Shown piece by piece: positions 23,890 to 36,749 of a stretch of DNA of 64,000 nt. The position numbers and the translations under genes were made by a program. The DNA lies in NCBI GenBank assembly GCA_964016885.1, contig OZ024740.1, forward strand, positions 196,416,001-196,480,000, written 5' to 3'. This DNA is from Eledone cirrhosa. Lineage: Eukaryota. Each line of letters begins with the position of its first letter. Position 1 is the stretch's first letter. The notes under the pieces were generated by a model. That model saw only the letters and a list, made by a program, of their open reading frames with translations. It searched no databases and was not told the DNA's origin.

Positions 23890-26497
23890 AAGATTAGGTC
23901 ACTGACAACGCTCATGCGGAGAAGAGCAGCTGTTGAGAGTGATTGCCTGAGTCAGATGTGGTTTCAAGGCCACATTGTTTGATAAGGCATCTGATTATTA
24001 AGTCAACCAGTATCTTCCTGTGAATACAACTAATAATTGAATAAGCTCAATTTGGGTAGAAAAAAAATATGTGGCTGTAAAAGAGAATGATTTCCTTTGA
24101 TATTCAGGTGCAGTGGACTTTAAGTGTTGATAAATTAAATGAATATATTAAAATATATTTTAATATATTTTGTAAGGCAGACTCAGTCTATGAGTATAGA
24201 ACAGGCATAGGCAACCTTATTTGAGCAGTAATCTGCATAGCATGTGGCTCATCTTAAGTACTAATAAAAATTCAAGGAAATTTTGAAATTAGGCGTGCTA
24301 TTCAGAAAGTGAAATGGATTTGACTGGTACAGAATCTAGACCTTAAAGTGAAGGTAAAGATGCTCGAATGTGACTAAGTAGTTTGGTGAATTGGCTGTAA
24401 CATACATGACTGATTTAAAAAGAATTGAGATAGTCAGTCAGTAGGACATTGAGGCATTAGAATATTACCACAAATTGGATGTTGCCGAGCCACACAGAGC
24501 ATAGATATAATGGAATATCACCATTGTCATTTAATATCCACTTTTCATGTTGTATGGGTTAGATGGGTTGTCATGTTAAGAGACAAGTCAAGTCAGGTGA
24601 CCACATCTTGTTCATATAGTTCTGTATTTTGGTTTGGTTTCTATGGCTGGATGCTGTTTCTAATGCCGACTACATTACAGTGTGACCTAGGTGCTTTTTA
24701 TCGTGGCACCAAAAACAACCATCTAACAGGGTGGACTGGGTGTTTTTTCAACAGGTCACCAGCCCAACCACCTTACAGGGTGGACTGGGTGGTTTTGTTG
24801 GTGTGGCACCAGCCTTATCACTGAACAGGGTGGACTAAGTGCTTCTTCTTGTGACAGCAGCATTGTGGGAGAGTAGATGTGGAAAAAGTCCAGTTTTCCA
24901 TGCTTGTATACAAGACAGGAGAATTGTATCATCAGGAGTGTGGAAGGTGGGGTTTGGCAGGGGTAGGGGAATATATTTGCATAAATCTAGTTTTATGCCT
25001 CTTATTTGGCTTGTTTGAGCCAAATACAACTGAACTGAGTGTGTTGCATCAGGTGAAAAAAACAAAGAATGACTAAGTGGAATCAAACCAAAAATGATTC
25101 CAAAATATGTGCAATGATGGGCTGACCCTGATGCTATATATTGTTCTAGGTAAAGTTGAAATCAGTCACCAGTCCATGAGTTAAATAAAAGTCAAGAGAT
25201 TGTTGTGCAGTACTGTATATATTTCTTTCCAGAGCATCTTTTGATTATGGGAAACATAGTATCTGCTCTTGATGGTTGGGATACAGATCATATTCTATCC
25301 ATACCAATTCCTAAGTGAACAGTATCTTCATAAGTGATGGACTTACCACATAGTATGAAATCGTACCATTTTCCCTTACAAACATAGCAGCAAGAGAGTA
25401 ATTGTCAGTCAGTTACTTCTTGATATAAGTAACTCTTTGCTAATGATCTATGTCTACACCTAGGGTAAATGCTTCATACTATATGAAACAAAAGGTATCT
25501 GTCAGGGTTGGTGGTTTTATGGTACTAGACCAGGGTTTTCAAAACTTTTTCAAATGCAGAACCCTTTTTGGTTCAGAAACTTTTGTGGGACCCCCAAAGA
25601 CTAATACAATTATATGGTCATAATATAAATATACTCTTCTATCTTTTTTCATGGAACCCCTGACACTCCTTTGCAGAACCCTTCTGTTCTGCAGAACCCA
25701 CTTTAGGAACTAGACACAATGAATTTGTTGTCTTATCAAGTGAGAAATATATAATGTATACTTTAACAGAATTCAATAGTTTCTCAATGTTAAAGAACAT
25801 CAATAGGACTGCAAGGAACCAAATACTGTTTTTATTTGATCATGCCAGTGATTGGATCATTTCCTTATCAGTCAATTATCGAAAGAGTGAAATGCCAGTA
25901 TTTTGATTCTGTTGTAGCTGGTATGATTAATGTCTTTATAAGATGATCGTACAGTTGGTATGATTATGACATTTATATGATATTCTTACTATCACTCTTA
26001 TACTAAACAATTTGTTCATACATTAGATCAAACACGAGTCCAAGATATCTTTTCTTTCCATTCGGATTTAACCATCTTCTGTATATCTGCAAGGATCAGC
26101 TATTTGTACTGGCATGAAAACAGAGCTGTAGAATGCCTGGTTTCGAAGGATGTGAGGTTTGTACTGGAAGTGTGAAAGCCCTTTCGATATTGATGTTTAT
26201 GTTCCAAATGATTGTTCTGCCTCTATTGTCTGATAAAACCAGCTGAAGTAATTGACGCTTGTAAGAACAGGTAAAGCTATATTATATACTGATCAGATAT
26301 CACAAATATTCCTGTCGAGATGAATATTCTCGATATTGTTTATCTGTATGAGAATGAAGCTGGTCTGTGATTTGTATGCAGAAAGCAAATGGAGTATAAT
26401 GTACTCTTCTAGTCCATAATTCTTCTTTGTCTGATAAGTGTTGAACTGTTACAATAGCCAACTGTAGGTGTTTATTATCATTTATTTATGTGCTCCC
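23890..26497 (-). pseudogene. Heavily decayed GTF3C4 (TFIIIC90)-like coding remnant in RMC1 intron 1
   Basis: Ordered motifs across stops and frameshifts: IQSLA*SNKNSIWFLAVLL (~25801-25860), IYSIRVSP../TYFGII (~25095-25140), C-terminal NHI*LR/AITLNSCSSPHERC (~23905-23965), recalling the GTF3C4 zinc finger GHIWLRCFLTYQSCQSLIYRRC; ttttcag acceptor at 26498; interrupted by a MITE and a LINE-tail repeat. Confidence 0.5.
25531..25710. mobile_element. hAT-type MITE remnant
   Basis: cagggttttcaaaacttttt...gcagaacccactttaggaac ends typical of hAT MITEs. Confidence 0.5.
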
Positions 26498-27541
26498 CTG
26501 AAAATATACACATACAAAACATGGCTCTATAATATAAACACAACGCGAATGCTAGATGACGCCAAAGTAAAGGATTCGAAGAAAACGAACAGGAAAATAG
26601 TATGGTTGAAAGAAGCCAAACAACAATATGTATGAACTGACTATGGAATTGCTGACGTTAACAGTGTATAGTTGATGCTAAGGGTAGGCAAATCCCTTGA
26701 CATGCTTTGTTTTGGCTAGCTGTGTATGGATATATGATTTATATATGCGGAAGAACAATAACGATCTTCCGTGGTTTTAGATATCACCGTCTATCAAACA
26801 CTCATATAAAACAATAAGAGAAATCCTATCAGAAATTTCACTGGTTAAGCAACATTTCTAATAACTTCATTAACAATTCCCTATTGCTTAGGATTTAACC
26901 AAACCTAATAGGTGTCATATCTATAGATCAAAGTACAGTTGGTAATACTAAAACAAACTAACAAACAAAAAAAAATCAATATGTGGATATTAAAAGTATC
27001 AAAAAAATATTTCATAGAATTCTTTTAAATTAAAAGAAAACAACAATAACTACATCTTTCCGTGTTGTGAAAATGAAGTAACGAATTGTGGATTTAATGA
27101 TCCTATAAAGCATCCTAGATGGGAGTTGAATTCGTAATAATAAAAAAAAGGACATTAGACATAATTTTTAATAATAGAAAACCGATAAATAATAATTAAA
27201 ATGTATGTAATTGAATACTACATGCAACCTCAGTGTTCTCAATAAGTTTAAGGTTTATTAAATCCTTAAACCTGAATTTAAGTTGTTGCTTCTTCGCTGT
27301 GAAACGAAAATATAACCGTCGAAGAAAAAATATTGACAATTTTATGAAAAAGACTTCCGAACGTCAAAACAATTTTTTTTGTAAAAAAATAAGGTCAGAG
27401 AATACAAATTATATATAAAACCTTAATAAAATATCTAATACAGTTGTCTGATGAATAGCTAAATATCAATTTAATGTTGGAGGTTTCGAAAATAAGCAAA
27501 TGAATTAGCGACGTACTCCTGTTAAAAACTGAACTACGTAC

Positions 27542-27670
27542 CTGCTTGTTAGAATCATCGAAAAATACATTTGTGACCTTACTGACAGGTTCAAACCTTA
27601 TTGGATTTTTGTGTAGCTGTAAATAGTAATTTCCTTCTTCGGTTACGTGTGATGAGGTAGAACATGCCAT
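27542..27670 (-). CDS. RMC1: RMC1 (C18orf8/Mic1, regulator of MON1-CCZ1) coding exon 1
   Basis: MACSTSSHVTEEGNYYLQLHKNPIRFEPVSKVTNVFFDDSNKQ resembles the RMC1 N-terminus (YYLEL..PVQFE..VNCVFFDEANKQ); ends at a CAG|GTACGT donor; 129 nt, phase 0. Confidence 0.93.
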
Positions 27671-28189
27671 GTTTTACCGGGTCATGGGATATATATATAT
27701 ATATTTCAATGTTAGCCAACTAAGCCATGTACAACCCACAAACAAGCTGCCATATAAGCCAAGGGAAGCTACTCTCCCGGCTTAACATCAGGGTAGATAA
27801 TTGAGCAAATGTATTAACAACTTGACGACCTCGTCCAGAATGCATATATTTTGTTTACATAAAAAATTTGCCTTAGAGGGAATCATGTTATTCATTTACA
27901 TTTACATGAAACTTTCTCTTTTATAGAATTTTCTCAACGCACCAATCTTCTATCCAAGAAATTCTTTAGAATGCACCATTTAACAAAGAAAGTTTCAACG
28001 TGATGCGATCCGACTAGATTTGTCCATTATGAAAACATGAGATGTAGCTAGTGAAGATATATACAAAACACAAAAATAAAAAAAGAAAGAAAAAGGGAGG
28101 GGATAATAAGGAAGAAAAGGGGGGAGAATAATAAAGAAGAAGAAAGCGAGAATACCCGCACATTCAGTCACACACAACAAGGAGCCCTA

Positions 28190-28895
28190 GAGCTCCCTTC
28201 TAAAAATGTTTGAGGCCACCCAACACACTCGCAGCATTGCCGCGAGTGATAGCGAGGCCAATGTGCTGGAATAACCAAGCATCTTCGCAGGCATCACCTT
28301 ATACCTTGGTAAGGCGAACTGCTAACGAGGACAAGAACTTCGTTGTCAACAGCCCAGTTCCCCCAAATATTTGGAACGCTACAGGCAGAAAAAAATAGTT
28401 TAGCGATAATTCTTAATATTTTACAATTTTATTTCGTTTGGCTACGGATGCGGTAGCCCTCACCTTTTCCATTTCATCCAAGATGTGGAAAGGAGCAAAA
28501 GAGACGCTGACTGTGGTCTCCCAATTGAGACATCTACTTCATACTCAGGGAAAAGGTTAAAACCATCTGGCCTCTTCTCATCAATCCTGGACAATCCAGC
28601 TGGCTCCAGAATCGAGGGGATATTGATTCGAACCAGGGTTCGCTTGATAATTAGACTTAGCTCAATATGGTGGGCGAAGCAGCATGCATTCAGGCGGCAA
28701 GACAATCCACGAAATCCCATAGAGTCAAGAAGCCTCCACAACATTTCCTCAGAGACATTGGCTCCGACTCAGAGTGTAATGGACTCACTCAGACTGAGTA
28801 GGCCGCCGATGCTGGCTATTGGCAAAGCATCAACAGTCTCACTGTGTCTCACTCGCGGAAAATAGACAGCGCACTGAAAACTGATTAGATTGATC

Positions 28896-28973
<78 letters not shown>

Positions 28974-30352
28974 AAAGGAGTCTCTCGAACACAGATTGTC
29001 CCAGACTCTCTGCTTCAGTCTATCCTCCTTTGTAGCAGGAACTAACACTGGGCAATGCAGTCGACTGGTAACAGGACTATGGAGAGAGTCCGATATTGAC
29101 CAATCATTTGAGTTTATCAAAGATCAGGTTGTAAAAAACGTTGGAGTAATGTCGAGTACCTGACTCTAAGCATATACGATAACTGAGGAAACGACAAGTA
29201 ATTCTTAAGCATAAAAAAACTTTGTTGGGGCTCGATTGTCTTTTAGCGAAGATACTGGGTTGTATGAATGTAACAAAAAGAGACATGGTTTGTGTGTATA
29301 ATATTTAATTAACAATGGTAGATAGTATAGTTAACATGTCAAAGAAATAGATGATAGAATGAAGCAAAGTTAGTAGTTACCGTTTTGATTGCCAGGCAAA
29401 CGCGGCTAGCAGAAGACGCCTGGCGAAAGCCAGGCGCCGGAAGGGCAATGAGAGGCAGAGAGCCGAAAGCTATTCGTTTTATAGGGCTCTGACCGGAAGT
29501 TACAGAAAGGGTTCTACTTCCGTCTAGATGTTAATCTATTGGGGTTGTGAGTCACAAGGGAGACAACCGCTACAGTCTCAATGTTTTTTACTAGTTTCTC
29601 ACCATTTTGACTAGAAAGGTTGTCTTGAAATCAAGGTCAGTAATTTGGACTCTTAGGAGCACCATGCCGATGAAGGAGGGGATATGATGGAAAGGCAACG
29701 ATGAAGGGGAAGGATTCGGTGAACAGGTCTATAGTCGGCTGATGTTGTGAAGCTGGATTGTTGAGGATCTAGAGCTCGTATTTGGAATTGTTGACATGGA
29801 AGCTCCTACAACCGAGTTCCTCAATCAACGTGCTCGCAGTAGAAAAGACCTGATCTGAGGATTCCTCCAAACAGGTATCATCAAGATACCAGACATTCAC
29901 ATCTAGGTTAGCTCCTGTCTTAGTTGCATCTTCAATGCCAAGTGCAAATAGAGCAGGTCCAAGTGGATCCCCTTTTGGACCTCTGATGAGGATATAATGA
30001 ATTGGTCACCAAAAGAGAGATAGGAGGGTTCCCGATAAGCTTGTCAAACAAAGTAGTGGAGCCCTGGGGTCCTCTCCTTTACTGAGCTGAGGATTGTAAT
30101 TGATAGAGTTGAATGCATTTTTGAGATCAAGTTTGAAGACAACCTTGGGGATCTCAGAAGGTACGTTGGTGAAAGGTCTTGTGGTTTGGGTGGCGGCCTC
30201 ACAACCGTCTTGGTACCCACCCCCAACTGAATAGGGAAAATTATGTAGACAGGCGGTCTGAAACCGGTGATAAATATACTTTTGCAGAGAGCTCTCACAG
30301 AGTGCGCCCAACTGCAATAGGGTGGAGGTCGCCTTTGGGCTTTGTGAAACCG
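28190..30352 (-). mobile_element. Degenerate CRE-type (RLE-encoding) non-LTR retrotransposon
   Basis: RPIAVG, QLGVG..GCEAA, KLDLKNAFN, GDPLGPALFALG, WYLDD, then IPSILEPAGLSRIDEKRPDG and RGNAASVLG (RLE); interrupted by (GA)n and a solo LTR. Confidence 0.8.
29242..29574. mobile_element. Solo LTR with 4-bp TSD GTCT
   Basis: T(T)TAGCG...CGCTACA inverted termini, gtct on both sides; homologous to 32645-33057. Confidence 0.8.
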
Positions 30353-30799
30353 AATAATTAGCTATATTTAAATTTAGGCTTATACTAATATTTTAAAAAA
30401 CACTCGTGTACACCGTGTACACTTTAGAAATAGTAATATATTTCTGTTCTAAGATAAAACAGTTTAAGGCATTTCGTATCACTTGCATCAGGTGCATGTA
30501 AGTTAACCATTTAATTATTTCAATTGCAAAGAAGTACTTTTATTTTTATTTTTTTATCTCCTTCATTCAGCTGTTTTCGATTTAATGCTGAATGAAACTT
30601 CTGTAAGGTGTTGCTAGCTTATTAGTACTGGTTATAAGCCTACGTGTTCATGCTGGCTATTTGCAGTTTTGACAGGGTGTTCTCACAGTTTAGCTTGAGT
30701 CTTCGGCACCTAACACCATATGGTGAAAATAAAGAAAAGAGAAAGATATTCAATATCTGAACCTCTAAAATTCGTTTAAATTTAAATTTATTTTTTGTA

Positions 30800-31180
30800 A
30801 GTCAAATAAAAAAGGACAGTGATCATGACTTTCGCCGGCGTCCCTATGTGGTGATGATTAAGCTGTTAATGTTTGAACATCTGTTAGCTGATGTCTGTAG
30901 GAAGAGTATAGGTAGAGGAAGCATTCCAGACGATTTCACTTCTGTGTTAGAAGGACGGCGAAAAGTGTTTGATGTAGAATCTAGATGATGAGATGGGTAA
31001 TTTTAGTGGAAGGGGAAAGCAGAGGAACAGAAACAACTGTAGAAAGAGAAGAGGTAGAGATAAGAAACATTGCATATTTGACATATTAGTTGATGCACGT
31101 TGATGATTGAATCACTGCTAATCAATAATATGACCTTCATTGGATACTATCTAGAATAGGCCAGTGTTTTAGAGCAGCAG
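30800..31180 (-). mobile_element. Degraded CR1/Jockey-group LINE 3' fragment
   Basis: Minus-strand LAYSR/LDSIQ..NVSYLYLFSFY-like segment typical of the CR1-group C-terminus. Confidence 0.4.
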
Positions 31181-32264
31181 AAGATGGTGAATTGTTAGAG
31201 TCGTTTTCACGTTGGCTAGAATGCTTAGCGATATTTGTTCAGGCTCAACGCTCTGAGTTCAAATTCCGCCTAGGTCAACTTTGCCTTTCATCCTTTTGAG
31301 ATAGGTAAAAAAAAGTACTAGTCCAGAGCGGGGTCGATTCTTCCTCTATATTCCTTTCTCATTGCCATTCTATCACTCGCTATCTTCTTTGGAAGAAATA
31401 GATTGGGTTCAGACCGGGAGAGGAGATAGGATCTACCAGGTTCTAGAAATGCGCAAGAAACGCCGATGTCATTACGGCGCCCCTATGACTAAATCAGGAG
31501 TTACGGGTGGACTTCCACTTTCATTATAGCAGCAGCACTGTGACAGGTAAGTAATCAGTACTCAAATGTGACTCTTATATGAGTTTCGTAGAGGTTTGGG
31601 TCTAAATATAAATCAGCACTATAGAAATGTAGTTAGTGTGTTTATGATGTTGAGTTATATTTGCCAACAGCAATGGTATTTAACGTATTAATTTGTATTA
31701 CTTTTTTTACATATAACATTTTCATTGTTTGTTTAAAGATTCCATATTATATTTGTCCCCATTCTGTCTATACTGATTAAGATAAGAATCATTCAAAGTC
31801 ACAAACTTTTCTTTTTGTTGTACAATGCACCATGACACCTTCATGCAGGACTCTTCAGTGATCTTGCGATGTAAGTTTCGACGACACGGGCTGGCAACAG
31901 GCGAAACTCCCCGTGAAGTTAGGTGACTTTGACCTCCGCTGAACATCTGGCTTGACACTGCCGGCCTACCTTTCATCCATCGTCTCCAGCAGCGGCACCA
32001 TCCTCGAGGTTCTCTGCAAAAGCTCGGAACCTAATCCGCGCCGGGAACTCGAATCGGCTCTGGCCGCCTGAGCTGGCGATGATTTCATTTACACCCGGTA
32101 TGCTGGTTGTCAACTCAACCGGGATGATATCAAGTGCAGTTCGGCCTGCGTAGGAATTGCATTTGGAAATAGACCAACATCGTCTCGTGTTTCAATTCGG
32201 TGTCCTTTTTAATGACGAGTATATCGACATTGGAGTGCCTCTAAGCGTGCGTCTAACACACAAG

Positions 32265-35156
32265 TGTAGCGAGATCTGTCCACGCCTTGAACCTTGGGTG
32301 ACACCTAAAGGTCAAATTCTAGGTCACCACCCTTTTGGTGTGAACAGGTTGATGCGTTGGCTATCCCCTTAAGGTGGGAGATAGGAAGCGACAGGTATAT
32401 AAAGCCTTTATCATCCCACGTTTACATAGAGACATCGGAGCACCCCACTACAGAACAAGCTATGTGAAATATTCACCACTATCAACAGACCCCAGTGGTC
32501 TACAGAAAGACATATAGATCGGAGCTCTACGATACACAACAAACTATGTAAAGATTCACCGCTATCAACAGACCCTAGAGGTCTTCAGAGATACAGAGAG
32601 ATCGGAGCCCTACTACTACAGACCCGCTATGTGAAAGATACACCTATAACAAAATACTGGTGTGTATGAATATAACAAGACACTAGGTTGTGTATATAAA
32701 GTTTAATTAACAAGTTGAGGTTATGTAGAACAGTATAGTTAACATGTCAATGAGTAGTAGATGAAAGAATGAAGTAAAGTTATTTGTTACCGTTTTAAAG
32801 TTAGCTCGCAAGAGGCCATGTTAGGGTTGCCAGACGAACGCGCCTGGCCGAAAGGCCAGGCAAGTTAGAAGGCTAGGAGCCGAAAGGCAAATGAGAAGTA
32901 GAGAGCTGAAAGTTATTCCCTTTATAGGTCCTGGGACGGAAGTGACAAAAAGGGCTCTGCCACCCCAACGGGAAGTAACTGCAGCTACTTCCTGTCTAGA
33001 GAGCGTTACTCTATTGGTGATGTGATCGTCACAACAAGGGAGGCAACTCTTGCTACACACCGCTATGTACAAGCCACAGTGGTCTACAATCAATTACAGA
33101 CCATTACTGTCTCTCACTCACTATGGTCTCAGACTCATGACGAAAACTACTATGACGACTGCAACAAACTTTAACCACCAACAAATTTTATCTGGTCGTT
33201 CGCTGTTTTCACATCAAAAACAAAATAACATTGTCAACCTTCGCAACTCTTGGTAACTGTTTTATTGTACTTTTTGATTCAAGTGAAGTAAATTATATAT
33301 AAGTAAAATCATTTATTCCTGTTATTACATCCAACAATCATGTTTTACCCATCTCAAATATTACTAAAAAATACCCTTCGTTAAATTGGTAAACCCGACG
33401 TGATTTAAAAAAAAAACGAAGTAGTATTTAAAAAAAAAAATTAAAATAACACGCAACCTATTTGATCTGATCATGGCTTTATTTGCCAACCTCAGCAATA
33501 TACAATTACCAAACACTTCACTTGCTTCGTAATCTCCAACAACAACAAACAATACTACTAGCTTCCTAGCAAGAATCCAATCACATAAAGAAGAGAAAAC
33601 AGAACTTTTTGTACAGAACAATTATATAAATAAATATATTTTTTTTACAGGTTGTATATGAATGTCATTTTTATTATTTTTATTCGTTTTACTGTATTAT
33701 ATGCATGTATGAATAACACGTTTTGTATCAAACACACATCATTTTTTGTCTATGGTATATTCTGGATTCGGTTGGGTCTCTGCGGGATCACTTTTCAACT
33801 GGTCAAGGTACGGCAAAAGCTATTAAACACATGATAATCAACCCACGGTTACTACTCGCTCGACTCACTGAGCACACAACTCAAAATTGCACACACTCAT
33901 GTCATAGCATAAACCTCGACTCACTGGAAGAGAACCTTACGTATGATAATACATCGAGATTCAACTGGTCGAAGTTCGGCAACAGCTTTTAAACACATGA
34001 TAATCAACCCACGGTTACTACTCGCTCGACTCACTGAGCACGCAACTCAAAATTGCACACACTCATGTCATAGCGTAAACCTCGACTCACTGGAAGAGAA
34101 TCTTACGTATGATGATACATCGAGAGAAATAGTCCTCTGTGTTATCATATCGTAATCCGATACCGTAACCACAATGTTCAGCCATCCATGCACAACAGTT
34201 CGAAATACATGATCACAACTTTCTATTTTTACAGTTTATTCTAAATGTTACACACACACATGCATACATAGTTATACTATTTTTTTTTCTCTCTCCAAAT
34301 TTCTCTACACTCGAAGTGCAGGCGCAGTACCCACATTTTGTGTGTTTGGGGACACGCTTCTAGGAATCAGATTTCGCTACCCCTTTTATAATCGATCGCT
34401 GCTCCTGTATCAATCTGGGTAGGGAACTAATGTAGCGAGATCTGTCCACGCCTTGAACCTTGGGTGACACCTAAAGATCAAATTCTCGGTCACCACCCTT
34501 TTGGTGTGAACAGGTTGATGCGTTGGCTATCCCCTCAAGGTGGGAGACAGGAAGCGACAGGTATATAAAGCCTTTATCATCCCACGTTTACATAGAGACA
34601 ACAGAGCACCCCACTACAGAACAAGCTATTTGAAATATTCACCACTATCAACAGACCCCAGTGGTCTACAGAAAGACAAGAAAGATCGGAGCATTACGCT
34701 AGCAACTAACTATGTAAAGATTCACAGTTACTACAGACCCCAGAGGTCTTCAGAAATACAAAGTGATTGGAGCCCTACTACTACAGAACACAAATGTGGA
34801 AGATTCACCGCTGTCTGCAGGCCACGGTAGTTCACAGTTACTACAGACCATAACAGAGGTATACAAACAATCTCTCTCTCTCTCTCTTACTCACTACGGT
34901 CTCAGAATTACTACCACGGACTCCAACTTCCAACAACAACATTATCTGTTCGCTCGCTGTGTTCAAATCAACGACAATAACAAAATTAACAACTCTTGGT
35001 AACTGTTTTATTGTACTTTTTAATTGATTCACGTGAAGTAAACCATATATAACCAAATTAATTATTCTTATTATACTTGTGATTTCAACTATTATTCATG
35101 TTAATCCATCTAACAACATCTAACTATTACTCAATTCATTTTTACCCTTCGTTAAA
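32265..35156 (+). mobile_element. Non-autonomous LTR retroelement (two LTRs, PBS-Trp, PPT, TSD CAAG)
   Basis: 5' LTR 32265-33385 and 3' LTR 34431-35156 both start tgtagcgagatctgtcc and end tacccttcgttaaa; PBS tggtaaacccgacgtgat (33387-33404) is close to the complement of the tRNA-Trp 3' end; purine tract gggtagggaa before the 3' LTR; caag at 32261-64 and 35157-60. Confidence 0.88.
32645..33057. mobile_element. Solo LTR nested in the 5' LTR, TSD CACC
   Basis: cacc|tataacaaaatac...ttgctaca|cacc; absent from the 3' LTR; similar to 29242-29574. Confidence 0.82.
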
Positions 35157-36394
35157 CAAGTGCCACTGTGAAGCCACGGTCAACAAGTTTCTACTACACT
35201 TGCTCTCTTGTCACTACAGTGCAAATAGGTTCCCTTGACCCACCGCCACAAACGACATCATCAGAAGCCTTGACGCCGTCGGTTTCCTTCGGGATTGAAG
35301 CTTCTCGACCTCGATCGCGGCAGCAATAAGCGCTCAGCCAGGATAACATTTTCCTGTTTTAACAAGGCAGGTTGCTTACAAGGGATGCCATATGTTGTGA
35401 CATGTTCTCCGATTCCCTTTTCACCCTCTCGGCCATAAATCAAGGCACCGCCGCCCATAACACAGAAGAGTGGAAGATAGTCAAACATCGGGATTTGACC
35501 GACCGCTTCCATTTTGTGTTAAATTACCATCAACACCTCCGACGTCCTCTGTCTCTGGAATACCGTTTTCCTTTGCAAATTCGGGAGAAGTGCATCTCAC
35601 TCGTAGAAGGAGCCCCTGGAAGTGGAATAGCCGATGCGGCGGGCGTCGTTGACTGTTCTGCGCTGTAATGTTTTCACCATTTTGCCAGTGGTGCGCAACC
35701 ATCTCCCTTTATCCAGTTTCCTTTTTAAATTTGTGCCCCCCCCCCCCCCCCTATTTTCACTTTAGGGGATGGTAAAGTCGATTAAATCGACCACAGTGCA
35801 TTGCTGGTATTTTATTTTATCGACTCCCAGAAGAACGAAAGGCAATGTTGACTTCAGCGTGATTTGAACTCAGAATGTAAACTGTAACGTGGTATTTTGT
35901 CCGGCGCTTTAATAATGGTTTCTGATTTAGGCACAAGGCCAGCAAATTTTGGGAGGAGGAGAAAGTCCATTAAATCGCCCCCAGTGCATGACTGGTTCTC
36001 TATTTTATCGATTCCGTAGGATTTGAACTCAGAACGCAAAAGGTCGTAACTCTATGCCACGAAGCATATTTCCGACGCTCCACCGATACTGCCATGATGA
36101 TTTAATTTATTTGTTATACGGGCGCCAGTTAGATGGGACATTACAAGGATTGGATGAAGACAAAATCACTTACAACGAAAATGGGTGTGGAAAGTACTTA
36201 TACAGTTATTCAGTAAAGTATGTTTTAAATATACTTCGTTTTCTAAACTTCCCCCTCACAACCGACCGGACATTACACGTCTCCTCTCCACCAGAATCAA
36301 ACTTCCTCTCTTTTTTTCTTCTTCTTCCTAACTTTTAAAAGTTGTTTTTGTGTCATTAGGTTGACGCGCCTTATTCCATGGTTAACTTGTGACA

Positions 36395-36397
36395 CAT

Positions 36398-36490
<93 letters not shown>
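36395..36490. repeat. (CA)n(TA)n microsatellite ~170 bp upstream of the FAXC-like ATG
   Basis: Directly visible. Confidence 0.95.
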
Positions 36491-36660
36491 GTGTGTGTTG
36501 GTGGGTGCAGTAATATAAATCTTCTATTTATAGACTGTACCCTGACACTTCTATTTATAAGATTTCTTTTTCTCCGTGTTTCCATATGATATGAGAACAT
36601 TGCCAAACGAAGGTTGAAAGAAATTAGCTGCTGGTTTTTCACTTCATATATTTCCCTATC

Positions 36661-36749
36661 ATGGAAGTATGTACTAATACTATCATTCTCTTCACGTCAG
36701 TTGCTGCTCCTCTCATTCTTGCTCTTTTATATCGGAAATTTACTAAAAG
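36661..36749 (+). CDS. FAXC: FAXC-like (failed axon connections homolog) exon 1, N-terminal hydrophobic anchor
   Basis: ATG; MEVCTNTIILFTSVAAPLILALLYRKFTK(R): hydrophobic stretch followed by basic residues; AG|GTAAAA donor in phase 2, matching the next exon. Confidence 0.75.

Larger units (their letters stand above)
31830..35670 (+). mobile_element. Degenerate CRE-type retroelement split by an LTR element
   Basis: GWQQAKLPVKLG..LPAYLSS before the insertion; HK|CHCEATV zinc finger split at the CAAG TSD; NDIIR, LDRG..KR and RDAICCDMF RLE segments after. Confidence 0.75.

Noticed and set aside
24950-25200. piggyBac transposase or generic WD40 (WDR13/Gemin5) remnant
   Set aside because: Isolated look-alike peptides (LVTDFNF, YIASGS) lacked collinear support; the GTF3C4 reading explains more ordered motifs
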